DNA of 64,000 nt from the human T2T-CHM13v2.0 reference genome, Homo sapiens. Positions 50,522 to 64,000 of the stretch are shown here, one piece after another (position 1 is the first letter of the stretch; each line of letters opens with the position of its first letter). Under the pieces are notes generated by a model. That model had not been told where the DNA came from, did not search any database, and saw only the letters and a list, made by a program, of their open reading frames with translations. Where the stretch lies: the NCBI RefSeq assembly GCF_009914755.1, contig NC_060926.1. One strand, written 5' to 3'. The translations under genes were made by a program, and so were the position numbers.

Positions 50522-50780
50522 AAAGCAATCTACAGATTCAATGCCATTTTCTCTACTGTGTTGCCTCTTCCCTCAAGGCTATTCCTATCAAACTACCAAT
50601 GTCATTTTTCACAGAATTAGAAAAAACTAGAAACTCAAAAAGAGCTTGAATAGCCAAAGCAATCCTAAGCAAAAAGAACAAAGCTGGAGACATCACATTA
50701 TCTGACTTCAAACTATACTACAAGGCTACAGTAACCAAAACAGCATGGTACTGGTACAAACACAGACACAGACCAATGGA
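50522..50780 (+). mobile_element. Isolated internal L1P ORF2 fragment
   Basis: aaagcaatctacagattcaatgc...aaagctggagacatcacattatctgacttcaaactatactacaaggctacagtaaccaaaacagcatggtactgg; no tail or TSD. Confidence 0.88.
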
Positions 50781-51414
50781 GCTGTCCTTGGTGGTCTGCA
50801 CAGTTTACTATGGGAAATGTAACAGGGCTGTGTTTAGTAGTTTCTTTTTTGTGGCTCCATATTTAGAGCCCAATGCTGGGGCCTCAGATCACAGGACTTC
50901 CTCCTTGGTGAAGAGATGAGGTCTTTCATTGAGGTTTGTTTGCTGCTGTAGGGAATGTGAAACATTTGATGGAAGAAGCGCTTTAGCCAGGCAGGAGCCC
51001 TTTCCTTCCCCCTGGAGAAGAGTTCCAGGGAGGCAGGTGAGCAGCAGTCAGAGTGGGGGGTCTGGGCTTGCCCCTTCAGCAGAGTCCTGGGAATCCTGGT
51101 GCCATTGGGGTTGGGAGGGCAAATGTCCAGTAGCTTGAGGAAGAGAGTAGCAGAGGGGTTAGCCCTTCTCTCCAGGGTGGACTTTCTTGTAGGCACCCCT
51201 TCTCTGCACTGGCATGGAGCACCTGCATCAGGGCAAAGATGGTGTTGGGGGCAGAGAGAGGGCCTGAGTCAGCCTTCCTGGATTGCTGGGGCTCCCATGT
51301 GACATGGCTGTGACCCCATGTTCCTGGGTCCTTATGGAGGGGCAGCTGAGTGGGGAGCAGTGGAAATTCATGGGGGCAGGGGTGAGGTCCTAGTGGTGCT
51401 GGTGTCTGCCCATC

Positions 51415-51455
51415 TGCCCTGTGCCCTGTGCCCTGTGCTCTGTGCCCTCTGCCTC
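51415..51455. repeat. (TGCCCTG)n heptamer repeat
   Basis: About 5 imperfect copies. Confidence 0.8.
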
Positions 51456-52761
51456 TGGGGCTGCAGCTGGCTTGCAAATCGCAGGCATGCTCAGATGGAC
51501 TTTCTGGCTCTGCCACTCCCATTTCAGCATCCTCAGTTTCCTCCAGCCATCACAAGTGCTGCGTGCCAAGATTTTTGGGTCAGCCTCCTGGCTCCCATTC
51601 TGGACCCACAATTAAAAATTGACAAGAGAAACCCCCTGCCCCTTTGCAGGTCAGCCCTGGGTTCTGCAGCCAGGAATTCAGCTTCAGGCACCATCCACAG
51701 GGATGCCTGGGAGGAGAACACGGTTGTTTTCCACAACATCAACCTCTAAGAGTCAGGGATGCTCCTTAACAACCTGCTGTGGATGGACCAGAAATTTATT
51801 TAAGCCCTCCCTGAACCTGTTTATGTTTCATTAAACTCTTTTATTGATCCTCTTAATTTTCCTTTTGCTGATTTACTCTGGGCCTTGACTTCACACCCCT
51901 CTCCCTGGAGTTCAGGTTTCAAGGGCTTCCAAAGTGTGTCTGTACCCCAGGCCCCAGCCAAGGGCCAGAGCTGCAGAATGGGCCTTCTGTGCCCTTCTGC
52001 CACCTTCAGCAACTTCCTCTTTCTGCTCTTCTAGAACCCACAGGAAGGTCAGGTCTGCCTCTCCCCTGCCTCCATTCAACCTTTGCCTTTTAAATGCTTA
52101 ACCCCAAACAATGAGTCTTTGGTGGAGAAATTTCAGACTGCTATTATCTAGTGGTAGAGATGTTTTGGGGCGGGAAGACCTTTAAACTCCACTTTGTATG
52201 TGGCTCTCTAGTGGCAGAAATAATGTTCATTAAAGCCACAATCCATTGAGAGGGTGGGGAGGTTGGAAGTTTGCAGAATGACTGCTGGACCAGCTTGGGA
52301 AATTTACAGATGACCTGTTTCAATCCATTCTCATTTGCTCACGCAAATTGGGTTCCGTTTATACTTGGCATTGGAAAAAAGAAAGAAAGAAAATGAGGGC
52401 TTGGTATGTGGCTGTAGCAGACAGAAAGAAAAGGCTTGGTGACCATGTGGTGTTTGCCATTCTGTTCATTAGACCAGGAGAGAGGTTTCCTGGTCCTGCT
52501 CCTCTGGCGTGGTTACTTCTCTCTCCTTGGTATATTTCCTTTCCAGCACCATTTAGGAATGGGGTTTCTAATTAGGGGAAAACTTAAAAAAAGTTGATTA
52601 AAATATAGTTTTCTTTTTCTATTGATTTATCTAAAATCTTTATGTATTTGTAGTGGAAGGGTTTTGTGTTAGCTTACTTCACCATTTTGCTGAACTAGAA
52701 ATTCTCTGCTTCTATTTTTCTAAGGAAAGAAGTACATACACTATTCAGTAAGAATATTTTT

Positions 52762-53045
52762 CATTGTTTATTTTTTAGTTTCAGTACTTTTAGGGGTACA
52801 GGTGGTTTTTGGTTACATGGATGAGTTCTTCAGTAGTAAATTCTGAGATCTTGGCGCAACCATCACCCGAGCAAGTGTACACTGTACCCAATATTTAGTC
52901 TTCTATCCCTCACCCCCCTCCCAGCCTCCTCCCGCTCAGGCCCCACAGTTCATTATCACTGTGTATTTTTGTATTCTTATAGCTTAGCTCCCACTTATAA
53001 GTGAGAACACACACAGTATTTGATTTTCCATTCCTGAATTACTTT
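52762..53045 (-). mobile_element. L1PB 3' end
   Basis: ggggtacaggtggtttttggttacatggatgagttc ... agcttagctcccacttataagtgagaac; degenerate TSD gtaagaawatt. Confidence 0.85.
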
Positions 53046-53729
53046 GGTAAGAAAATTCTTAATACAAGGCTGATCAACCCATGTTGCCTTTTTTTCTTAC
53101 TCTCTCAAAGTTACAACCCAAATTGAAAAATACAAGCTCTTCTCCAAAGAGGTGGACTGATCCCTAGACAGGGGCTAAGAGGCCCGTCTTGACTCCCCTC
53201 TCGTTTCTGTGTTCCAGTTCACCAGCCGTGTTCCTGCGGGCCTGAGCCGCTCTGGTCTGCTACAGGCCACCCGGCTTGCACCTTCCCTCCCTGAGGCCCT
53301 GATTCTTGCTTCCTGACTGTGAACTTCCTCCTGTCATTTACAGCTGGCTGTGCTTCACATTGCACACCTGGTGGGGTGGGGTGAGGGGGTGCTTGAAAAT
53401 TGCAGACACTGTAGATCAGGAGAGTGACTGTTACAATTTTGGCAGATGGTAGGGAAGTGTCTTGTGGGAACCTTTTTTGTAATTTGCACCAAGTCCCCAT
53501 TTGGGATAGTGTTGGGGCTGCTCAAATATTTCTTTAAGTGTGCTCTGTATTGATTTCCGTGGAGTTTTGCTTCTTCAGATACGCTCTGTTAATTGCTTCT
53601 GTTAGGTAGCGGCAGCAGCAACAAAAACAAACATTAATGAACTCCTAATAACATCTATTATGAATTGCTAACATTTACTAAGTGCTTGCTATGGACCAGA
53701 CATTGTGCTAGATGCTTTTAAAATACAGT

Positions 53730-53874
53730 GTTTTGTTGTTGTTGTCGTTGTTGTTGTAGAGACGGGGTCTCCCAGTGTTGCTCAGGCTGGTCTTGAACTC
53801 CTGCGCTCAAGCGATCCTCCTGCCTCAGCCTCCCAAAGTGCTGAGATTACAGGCGTGAGCCACCACACTTGGCC
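53730..53874 (-). mobile_element. FLAM monomer within a MIR (~53670-54020)
   Basis: (GTT)n tail followed by an Alu monomer. Confidence 0.85.
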
Positions 53875-55459
53875 TTTAACTTACTTCAACCTACAAGGCA
53901 GTGCCAGTGTGAAACCCATTCTACCACTGGGTGCCAAGGTGTGACAAGGCGATGTAACTTGCCAGGCACTGCAGAGCAGAAGTGACGGAGCTGGTACGAA
54001 GCCTCCAGCTGTTTTACTCCAAACCCATGTTTTCTTTCTGCTGTACTGGGTCCCTGGGTTCAGAGATGAAGCAGCTCTCAGTCATGTAGGACACATTCAA
54101 GCCAACTGTTCCCATATAAGGAGCTACTGGCTATGCTGGGGTTCCCCACCGGGCAGTGGGATCCCAGGAGAGGGAGAACTGCAGTAGCTGAGGGTGATCA
54201 GAGGATGCTTCACAGAGGAGGGGACTTGTTCCTTTACCTGGGTGTGGCTTCCACTCTTTTTCATCCCCTACAGCCCTGCATCTCTGCCTGAGTCTGCCGC
54301 CTCTGTTCCTGGGTGCGCTCAGGGTTCAACATGGCGGACACTGGGGAAGATTATATTTTCCAATGGGCTGGAAGGGTGAACTCCTGACAGGGATGCAAGC
54401 TGAAAAACAAGCTCTTTACCAGATAGAAAATGGACACATGGTGATGCTTCTTGAATAATTCCATTCAGCAGCCTCCTGGGATCCGTCGCCCATGGTTTTA
54501 TAAATGGTCTATCTCACAACCCACTCTCAGATGGGCCACCTCTGCCCCTCAGGCTGGCCCTGGCTGCATCTACAAGTTCTATGAGTCCCCAATTAAGAAA
54601 ACAATAGCTCTCTTTTCACTGAAGCCCAGAGCTGTCAGAGTCCTTTTCAACACAACAAGAGATTCATCAGCTTCCAATCAAGGAAAATTAATTTATGTTT
54701 GTCCCAGTGTCCTGTAGCATTGGATTTCAAATAATTGTAAACAAAATGAAAAAACTCAGGCAGCTCTCTGTTTCTCACTCAGTTCTCACCGTCAGTGGGA
54801 AGCTGCTCACATAAGAGAAATAGTTGGCTGTCCTTAAACTTTGGAAAACACCACCAAGGAACCGTGTGGCTTGATGCCACTGGGCTTAGTGTCAGGAGGG
54901 TTGAGTCTCGGTGGAGGTAGGAGCATCACCCAGTCAGTGGATGACATCACCACCACTTGGTGACGTATTGAGATGCCCCAGGGGACAGGAGGAGTGGAGC
55001 CAGTGACCTCAGCAGGCACCGAGAACACTGTTTTAGGGGCAGCATTGCTAGCCATCCCCCACAAGAGGACATGTGTTGGAAACAGCACTGTGATCAGGGT
55101 TCTGGATACCATCCTGCCTCTACCAGCGAAGTCAAGTAGCCCTGGGGGCTTCTGCTTTCCCATCTGTAAAGTGAGAAGATCAGCCTGTAGCTCTGTCCAG
55201 GAGATGCCCACAGCCTGGTCCCTATGGCTGTATTAGTGCTGATTCAGCTTTTGCTGTCTAGAAGCCTACAGGCCTTTTTTTTTTTTTTGAGAAAAGACTC
55301 ACTCATGAAGCAAGAGAACAGTATAAAATGATGGATAATCCACTGTTAGTTTGGGTGAGGGAGATGGAAGATGCAACCGCTTTTCAAAAACATTCAAAAG
55401 TATTTTCTTTAATTTCTGAGTGGTAGGGAAATTGGGTATATTTATTTTATCACACATTT

Positions 55460-56310
<851 letters not shown>

Positions 56311-57135
56311 TAATATATCCAACTTCAGAGCGTTGGCTTTTACCAATTCCCCTGGGGCATCATTTAGCTGAGAACCAAATTTTATGTGACTTTTTTAGCC
56401 TGGGGGTTCCAGACCAAGTTGGGTGGGATAAATTTGAGCCCCAAATCTATATGAAGTCAGATTTGTGTTCATGAATTCCCAGATAACTATTTTATTTATT
56501 TACTTTCCACTTCAAGTCTAAGCTAAAATTTCTTTGTCATCCACCTGAGTTGGTGAGAATTTTTTCTTTTCTGGTTTGTACTTTTGTTCTTCATCAGACC
56601 CACTCCCTGTAAGCATCAATCCCCAATCCCCCGGGAGTTGCGAGCTCATGCCCCTTCCTGAATCCATCCTCCTGGCCAGGTTTCACAGCAGAAGCTCAAG
56701 GATTTTCTTGGCCCCTGGGGAGTTCTATTTCCTTCTTTCAGGGCTCTGTCAAGATTGAAAAGGCTGCTTACTATATTTACCCAGCATTTCATGGTGTTTG
56801 TGCTAGAAGATGGTGTTCTCTGATCAAAATTTCAGAAAAGGTGTTGTTCTGAGTAGCCACAATATAAGCATAGAGATGGGTCCCTTTTTCAGTTTGGGAT
56901 ATCTTTCCCTTCTTTGGTTAGCAGAGCGTTGTTCTTGGTTCTGACCAGGAAGCCTTGGGCATTAGGTACTCCTTAGCAGAACAGATGTGACCATGTATGA
57001 AGCCACCAAGTGTGAAATAGTCTCCCTGATAGAAGAGACCATGCCATGGGACTTCCTTCCACAGGACGTTTTATTATCAGCTGGCCCACCGTCTTCAGTC
57101 TATTCTCAGCTTCCGTCTTCCTCCCCTTCTCATTG

Positions 57136-57352
57136 CCTCACTGTGGGGCATTTTGCTATATTTTCATTACCACCTTTGAGGGATATCAGCCCTCCTGGGG
57201 AGCCCTATATTTCTCGTGAATAACTTCTGGTAATGAGGGTAGAGAGAGAAGGTTGATTATTTAAAAAAATAGAAAAAAACAGCATAAACTGCTGCATCTG
57301 AAGATTGTCCCTCACCTAACCCTACTTCTCACTGAATCCTTCTGGGGCATCC
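57136..57352 (+). repeat. Direct repeat copy 1 (~217 bp)
   Basis: Near-identical to 57969-58186. Confidence 0.95.
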
Positions 57353-57484
57353 AGGCAGAAATAATTCTATCTATAAGTAACTACAGATAAAATTGTTAGA
57401 CACTAACATAGCATTTGTGAATTAATTAAACCGGTGTAGGTATCAGGATGTCTGACTCTGTGTCAGGCACTGTGCTAGTGCTGC

Positions 57485-57855
57485 ATAAGACAGACAGGAT
57501 ATACAAAAGAAATTATTCTGAGGCTTGTTAAAATGGCAAGGAATATTTTCTTCAAGGCTATGATAATATGGGAGGGAGATGGAACTCAACTCCAAATACA
57601 GCAGGGACAAATGGGGATTTGTAGGCCATGGGCAGGGTGAGGGAGTGGAGGGAAGATCACTAAGACCTTTGATCAAGTCTCAAGGGTGGAGGAGGAGGAG
57701 CTCATTTGGCCAAGTTGGGGAGGGTTTCAATAACCTAGCTCAGCAAGATTCTCCGCCAAAACCGGATTCGGTTATGAGGCTTGGACAAAGCCTGCTTGAA
57801 AAGAGGGCCAGAGGAGGCCGACTGAAGTTTGGGCAAGGAGGGAGTCCTTGTCATG
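57485..57855. mobile_element. Probable ERV LTR fragment within an L2 remnant
   Basis: aactcaactccaaatacagcagggacaaatggggatttgtag...cagggtgaggg resembles old ERV LTR families; family not resolved. Confidence 0.5.
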
Positions 57856-57968
57856 GGTCCCTGATCTCATGGAGGTGTGAGCCATGGGATGCAAAAGGTG
57901 GGCCTGGCACCACCTTGAAATCCCTGCTGTAGCTTTGTTAGGGATGCCCTGACACTAGGTCCTGGGGT

Positions 57969-58186
57969 CCTCACTGTGGGGCATTTTGCTATATTTTCAT
58001 TACCTCCTCATAGGGATATCAGCCCTCCTGGGGAGCCCTATATTTCTCATGAATAACTTCTGGTAATGAGGGTAGAGAGAGAAGGTTATTAGAAAAAAAA
58101 AAATAGAATAAAACAGCATAAACTGCTACATCTGCAGATTGTCCCTCACCTAACCCTACTTCTCACTGAATCCTTCTGGGGCATCC
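57969..58186 (+). repeat. Direct repeat copy 2 (~218 bp)
   Basis: Near-identical to 57136-57352. Confidence 0.95.
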
Positions 58187-58809
58187 TGAAGTCTCACCAG
58201 TCACTTGAGGGCAAGCCATATGTTTTCTTGGATCTGGAAGCCTTTAGCATCATCCTCACTTGGTCTTCCATGGACTCCCAGGGGAAGCTTTACCATTCAT
58301 TACTTGTCAGTTGCTGACTTAGTCCCCACACACTCCAGATGCCCAGAAAAAACACCTGCATTTTTCTTTCCAAGGCAACCAACATCTGTCCCAGCCCTGT
58401 CTGTTGCAGGAAGCAGCCTGTTTACTCCCTGTAGCAGGGTAGGAAAGAGTATGTTACAGCTGGCTGTCCCTCGGTGCCAGTCCAGGGCCACACTTCACAC
58501 ACATCACTGGCACCTCCTCTTTGCAAAGGTGCCCAAGGTCCAACTACAATACCTTGGTTATCTGGGGTAGGAGCATGTGCACTGTTAGCCATTCACACTT
58601 CAAGTAGAAAGAGTGACCTCTATTAGCTTAGAGGAAAGTCATGCTGAGAGAGTAGGAGAGCTGAATGCAGCAAAAGTCAAAGGTTAAGAGAGTCCTGGAG
58701 TGAGTGCAAGGGTGTGTGCACCTGTGGGCACACACATACACCCAGCCGTAGAGGTGGGACGCAGCAGGCCTGCATTACCCTTCCGGGATGTGTGGTGAGA
58801 GGATGAGGA

Positions 58810-59290
58810 GTGATTTTATTTGTTCAGCAAACATGGGAGCACCTGCTCTTCATTAGGGACTGTGCTGGGTGCTGCAGTCAGGAGGAGGAGGAGGAGGACA
58901 TGGTCACGAGATATACAGGAGCAGGAGCAGGGGACAGTTGGAGGGACAGACAAGGAGAGACATGGTGTGCTGGCAGAGATTGCACAGGAAGTGGTGGGAG
59001 GGGACAATTGTACCTGAAGGGTGGGGCCAAGAGGGGCTCAGCCTCTGAACGAGTATTCAAGCTATGCAGTGTTTGCCAGGCAGGTGGAGATGCAAGTGGG
59101 AAGGGCATTTGAATGGAGGGAACAGCATGAGCAAAGTGCAGCTGTGGGGCTCACTCTGGGAACCGTAAGTAGCTTTTTGTAGGCAGGGAGACCTTTGGGC
59201 GTGAAGGGTAGAGATGGGAGACAAAGCTAGAGAGGCCCAGGAACTTGGAAACTGTGTCAAGTAATTTCAGATTTAATCACGCGGGAAACA
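58810..59290. mobile_element. L2 fragment
   Basis: tttatttgttcagcaaacat...gagcacctgct...actgtgctgggtgctg; gagggaacagcatgagcaaag. Confidence 0.6.
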
Positions 59291-60009
59291 GGGACCAGGA
59301 ATCCGGCAGCTCCGAAGCTTGGTTCAGGATTCTGTCCCAGGGGCACAAGCTGGCTCATCTTGAAGCCTCTGTCCCCTCTCTCCACTTCTAGCACAGGGCC
59401 ACTGACTTCTTTTCTAGAGCCACAAGTATTTCCCAGACTCTGAGCAGGAGCTGCACGCTGATAGGGAATGCGAATGAGTCCTTAGTTACCACCCACATCC
59501 CAGAGATGGAGCTAAGCCACTGAAATAACAAGCTGTTTCTCCCTTTGGCTCTTTCTGAAGACTGTGCACTACCCAGGGCCATTCCTGCCATTACTCACAG
59601 AGCAAAAAGCTGCTGGGGATAAATGAACTGCACCTCAAACCTCGGTCTGGCTCTGCACCCAAATTTCCCTGCAACTCCCCCAGATCACTGTCTTTCTGAA
59701 ATGGGGGCCTTTTGCAGCTCCTCACCTGATGGATGGTGTGGGCAGAGAGGGAGCTGCGGCCTTGGAGTCCAGGTTCCTTGGCCTGTCCCGTGGCCTTTGT
59801 ATTTGCCCTTGATATTTATGATGCTGCCAATTACCCTGATCCATTCAATCACCCAGAGCAGCAGTCACTGAACCTCCCCAGGCTGTGAGATGCTTGGAAA
59901 GCCACAGATATGATGACCACAGGACAGGGGAATATCAATTTTGCTTCCCCACAGTGTCCCCTCTGCCTAAATTTCTATCCTAGTGTTATAGCAAGAATAA
60001 TGCCTGGAG

Positions 60010-60225
60010 TGGTGATTCTCAAGCTGGGGTGATTTTGTACCCCAGGGGACTTCAGCAATGTCTGGAGACATTTGGGGTTAATAAAACCTGGGGGCTGATA
60101 CTATTGGTATATAAAGGGTAGAAGCCAAGGATGCTGCTAGACATCCTGCAATGCACAGGACAGCCCTGACAACAAAGAACTATACAGTACAAAATGTCAG
60201 TAGTGCTGAGGTTGAGAAGCCCTGA
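60010..60225. mobile_element. MER20 (hAT-Charlie)
   Basis: ggggtgattttgtaccccaggggac...gcaatgtctggagacattt...caaaatgtcagtagtgctgaggttgagaagccctg. Confidence 0.88.
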
Positions 60226-60265
60226 TCTAGAGCACTGTGGGATACTCCACTTGTATAAAATTCCC

Positions 60266-60561
<296 letters not shown>

Positions 60562-60948
60562 TAAAATTCTTTTCAATGGCCTTCTGAGCAGTCTCTCTAG
60601 TGCTTCTTATTCTTTTCTCTTGGAAGGGCCTTTCAATCCTAGTTCATCTGGCAAACTTCCATGCATCCTTCAAAACCCATCTCAGGTTCACCTTTTTTTT
60701 TTTTTTTTTTTTTTGAGGAAGGCATCCCTGGCCTTCCAGAACCTGACTATGAGAGTTAATGATTCCCTTCTCTGTCCTACTTCTGTACTTGCACAGATTT
60801 TGAATGCAGATGCTTTTAAGCTACCAGTACTTCATCTCTATGTCTGTCTCCCCTATTCTCTTTGAAGAGAGGGATCCTCAGGTCCCAAGTCCTTGGGAGA
60901 ATAGCTGAGGAGCTCACCACATTCAGGAACCAAAGTTAAAAAAATATT

Positions 60949-61245
60949 GGCTGGGCGCAGTGGCTCATGCCTGTAATCCTAGCACTTTGGGAGGCCGAGG
61001 TGGGTGGATTACTTGAGGTCAGGAGTTTGAAACCAGCCTGACCAACATGGTAAAACCCTGTCTCTACTAAAAATACAAAAATTAGCTGGGTGTGGTGGCA
61101 GGCGCCTGTAATCCCAGCTACTCGGGAGGCTGAGGCAGGAGAATCGCTTTAATCTGGGAGGTGGAGGTTGCAGCAAACTGAGATTGTGTCACTCCACTCC
61201 AGCCTGGGTGATAGAGCAAGACTCCATCTCAAAAAAAAAAAAAAG
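60949..61245 (+). mobile_element. AluSx-type SINE
   Basis: TSD aaagttaraaaaatatt. Confidence 0.93.
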
Positions 61246-61554
61246 TTAGAAAAATATTAAAAACATGAATGAAATTCTTTCTAAATTGAATTACATAAAC
61301 CTCAGTCTTTCTAAACAGATTCTCTTTACTGGGTTTCCAGCTCCAAGGGCCTCACACAGTAATTACTTAAACATTTGTTAAACTGAGTTGATAATGAAAA
61401 GGAGAGAGGGTTTTACAACATGCAAATGGTCAGCAAATGGAAGAATCCCTGATGAGCACCGAGGATTTTCATTACTTGTTAAGGATTTGAGGTTTGGGTC
61501 TTTTCGTGTTGGTTTTATAACTTTTCTTGGTCAGATGAACTGTAGATTTGGAAG

Positions 61555-61563
61555 GTGTGTGTG

Positions 61564-61598
<35 letters not shown>

Positions 61599-61599
61599 G
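61555..61599. repeat. (TG)n microsatellite
   Basis: About 22 units with one interruption. Confidence 0.95.
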
Positions 61600-62140
61600 G
61601 TGAAATGGTAAATGGTGCCAAGTGGCTCCTTCTTGGAAACGAATGACTCATTTCTCTTTTTTCATGCCAAGCAGGTGCAGAGAAAATGTTCACCCTGAAG
61701 AAATAAGCAATCCTAAATATAGGCTTGCTTAATGAGGGATGAATATTGCTAAGTAAAGAAGGCTGTGTTTTAGATTCCATCATTCCTGAAGCTCCAGCAC
61801 TCCTCCACGAGGGCTCGGCAGGGATATGAGGCTTCTCGGGGGAAGGGGGATGATTTTCATTCCGCTTAACTATTTCCGAGCCATAGCTGAAGTGAGCTTT
61901 GCCTCCGCACCTGTTTCTGCGGTATGAATTGATTCACACGAGCGCGACAAAGGGGAATGATGTCAGTAATATGTGTGGCTCGTTCACCTTCGTTTTGAAG
62001 TTTGACGTCATGTGGCGGTGGGTGAAGCAAGCTTTCTCCCAATGAAAGAAGAAGCCTCAGGGATAGAGGAAAACCTTAGGAAAAAAAGCTCAAAATCCTT
62101 TGCCCCAGTGGAAGCAGAAGGGCTTCCTTTGAGTGGCACC

Positions 62141-62860
<720 letters not shown>

Positions 62861-63334
62861 TGTAGACCCATGGGGCATGTGGAGGCCGGGAGGGTGCAGT
62901 GGGGGAGGGAGTCCTGAGGACCCAGATTTGGCAGAATGACTTCTGGGAGTGGCCTTTCAAGGCGGGTGAGAGGGCACCACTTTCAGTAGCCAATGTTAAA
63001 AAAGAAATGAAGAATATTTTCATGGAAAGCTTTCTGGTGTGGTGACATAAACCCTTGTCTTCCTATACAGGATACACCAGGTGTAACGTAATCCTTTCTC
63101 AATGACCCAGGGACATCATTGTGAACCCCATGGGTGTGGTGAGTGGTGCTAGTGAAGGGGGATTCTGAGGTTTGGGAACTCCAGGAGGGCAGAGTTCTGC
63201 TGCGTCACCACCAGCCTCCTAGGGATTAGCACAGTGCTTGGCACATAGTAGGCACTTAGGGACTGTTTGCTGGAAGAAGGCGTCATGTTGGGTGTTTTAT
63301 CCGCATACAAAGTGGCTCTGCACTACTGTGTGGC

Positions 63335-63803
63335 CTTTTTTCTTCTTCTCTTTTAGAGACAGGGTCTTGTTCTGTCACCCAGGCTGGACTGTAGTGGTGT
63401 GATCAGGGCTCATTGCAACCTTGAAATCCTGGGCTGAAGCGATCCTTCTGCCTTAGCCTCCTGAGTAGCTAGGACAACAGAGGCACACCATCATGCCTGG
63501 CTAATTTAAATAATTTTTTTTTTTTCCGTAGATACAAGATCTGGCTACGTTTCTCAGGCTGATCTTGAACTCCTGGTCTTGAGCTATCCTCCTTCACTGC
63601 CCCACCAAAGTGCTGGGATTACAGACATGAACCACCTTGCTCAGCCTTTAAATTTTTTTTTCAAAATTTTATTTTAATTAATTATATTTATTTTTAAAGA
63701 GATGGAATCTCGCTCTGTTATCCAGGCTAGAGTGCCGTGGTGTGATCATAGCTGACTGCAGCCTTGAACTCTTGGGCTGAAGCAGTCTTCCTCTGCAGCC
63801 TCC
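63335..63803 (-). mobile_element. AluJ (63335-63646) plus Alu right-arm fragment (~63680-63803)
   Basis: Diverged reverse-strand Alu sequences. Confidence 0.85.
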
Positions 63804-64000
63804 ACTATGTGGTTATGGTCTTTGATGAGGTGCTGGGCTAAATGGCAGCAGGAATGAAAAAGGGACACATTTGAGAAAGATTTAGAGAGTAAGATAGACA
63901 GGACTTAGGTGATGGATTAGATATGGAAGGTGAAAAGTGGAAGATGAGTATTAATTTTGTATTTTTTAATTAAAAAATCTCAAACATACAGTAATGAGAC

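Noticed and set aside
52201-52217. CTCF-like motif (CCACTAGAGAGC on the minus strand)
   Set aside because: Two mismatches to the core consensus; unsupported without ChIP data.
57136-58186. Direct repeats as the LTRs of a novel mini-retroelement
   Set aside because: No TG...CA termini, PBS, PPT or TSD, and the spacer is made of older repeats.
60693-60714. Solitary poly(T) runs (also ~1208 and ~55275) as severely truncated retrocopies
   Set aside because: No convincing TSD; slippage expansion is sufficient.

Overview
Primate genomic DNA, probably human: it carries an AluYa5-type element. No protein-coding exon can be supported. The first ~1.15 kb is repeat-free and looks like the distal 3' UTR and poly(A) sites of an unidentified upstream + strand gene. 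The remaining ~63 kb appears intergenic and is dominated by transposon fossils: over 40 Alu/FLAM copies, L1 fragments of several ages, L2/MIR, MaLR and ERV LTRs (including a complete THE1A LTR-int-LTR), and Tigger/hAT DNA-transposon remnants. The supplied ORFs are repeat-derived or chance ORFs; the only protein-like one is a decayed L1 ORF1p remnant. I found no evidence of a new multi-gene biological system. The most notable signals are mechanistic scars: a tailless 5S rRNA retrocopy with a 19-bp target-site duplication (TSD); three local non-tandem templated duplications (43, 79 and ~217 bp), one apparently guided by Alu-Alu homology; a chimeric AluY/AluS; a nearly unmutated AluYa5-like insertion; and several multi-level nested insertions. 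Subfamily names come from recalled consensus sequences and need RepeatMasker/Dfam confirmation.
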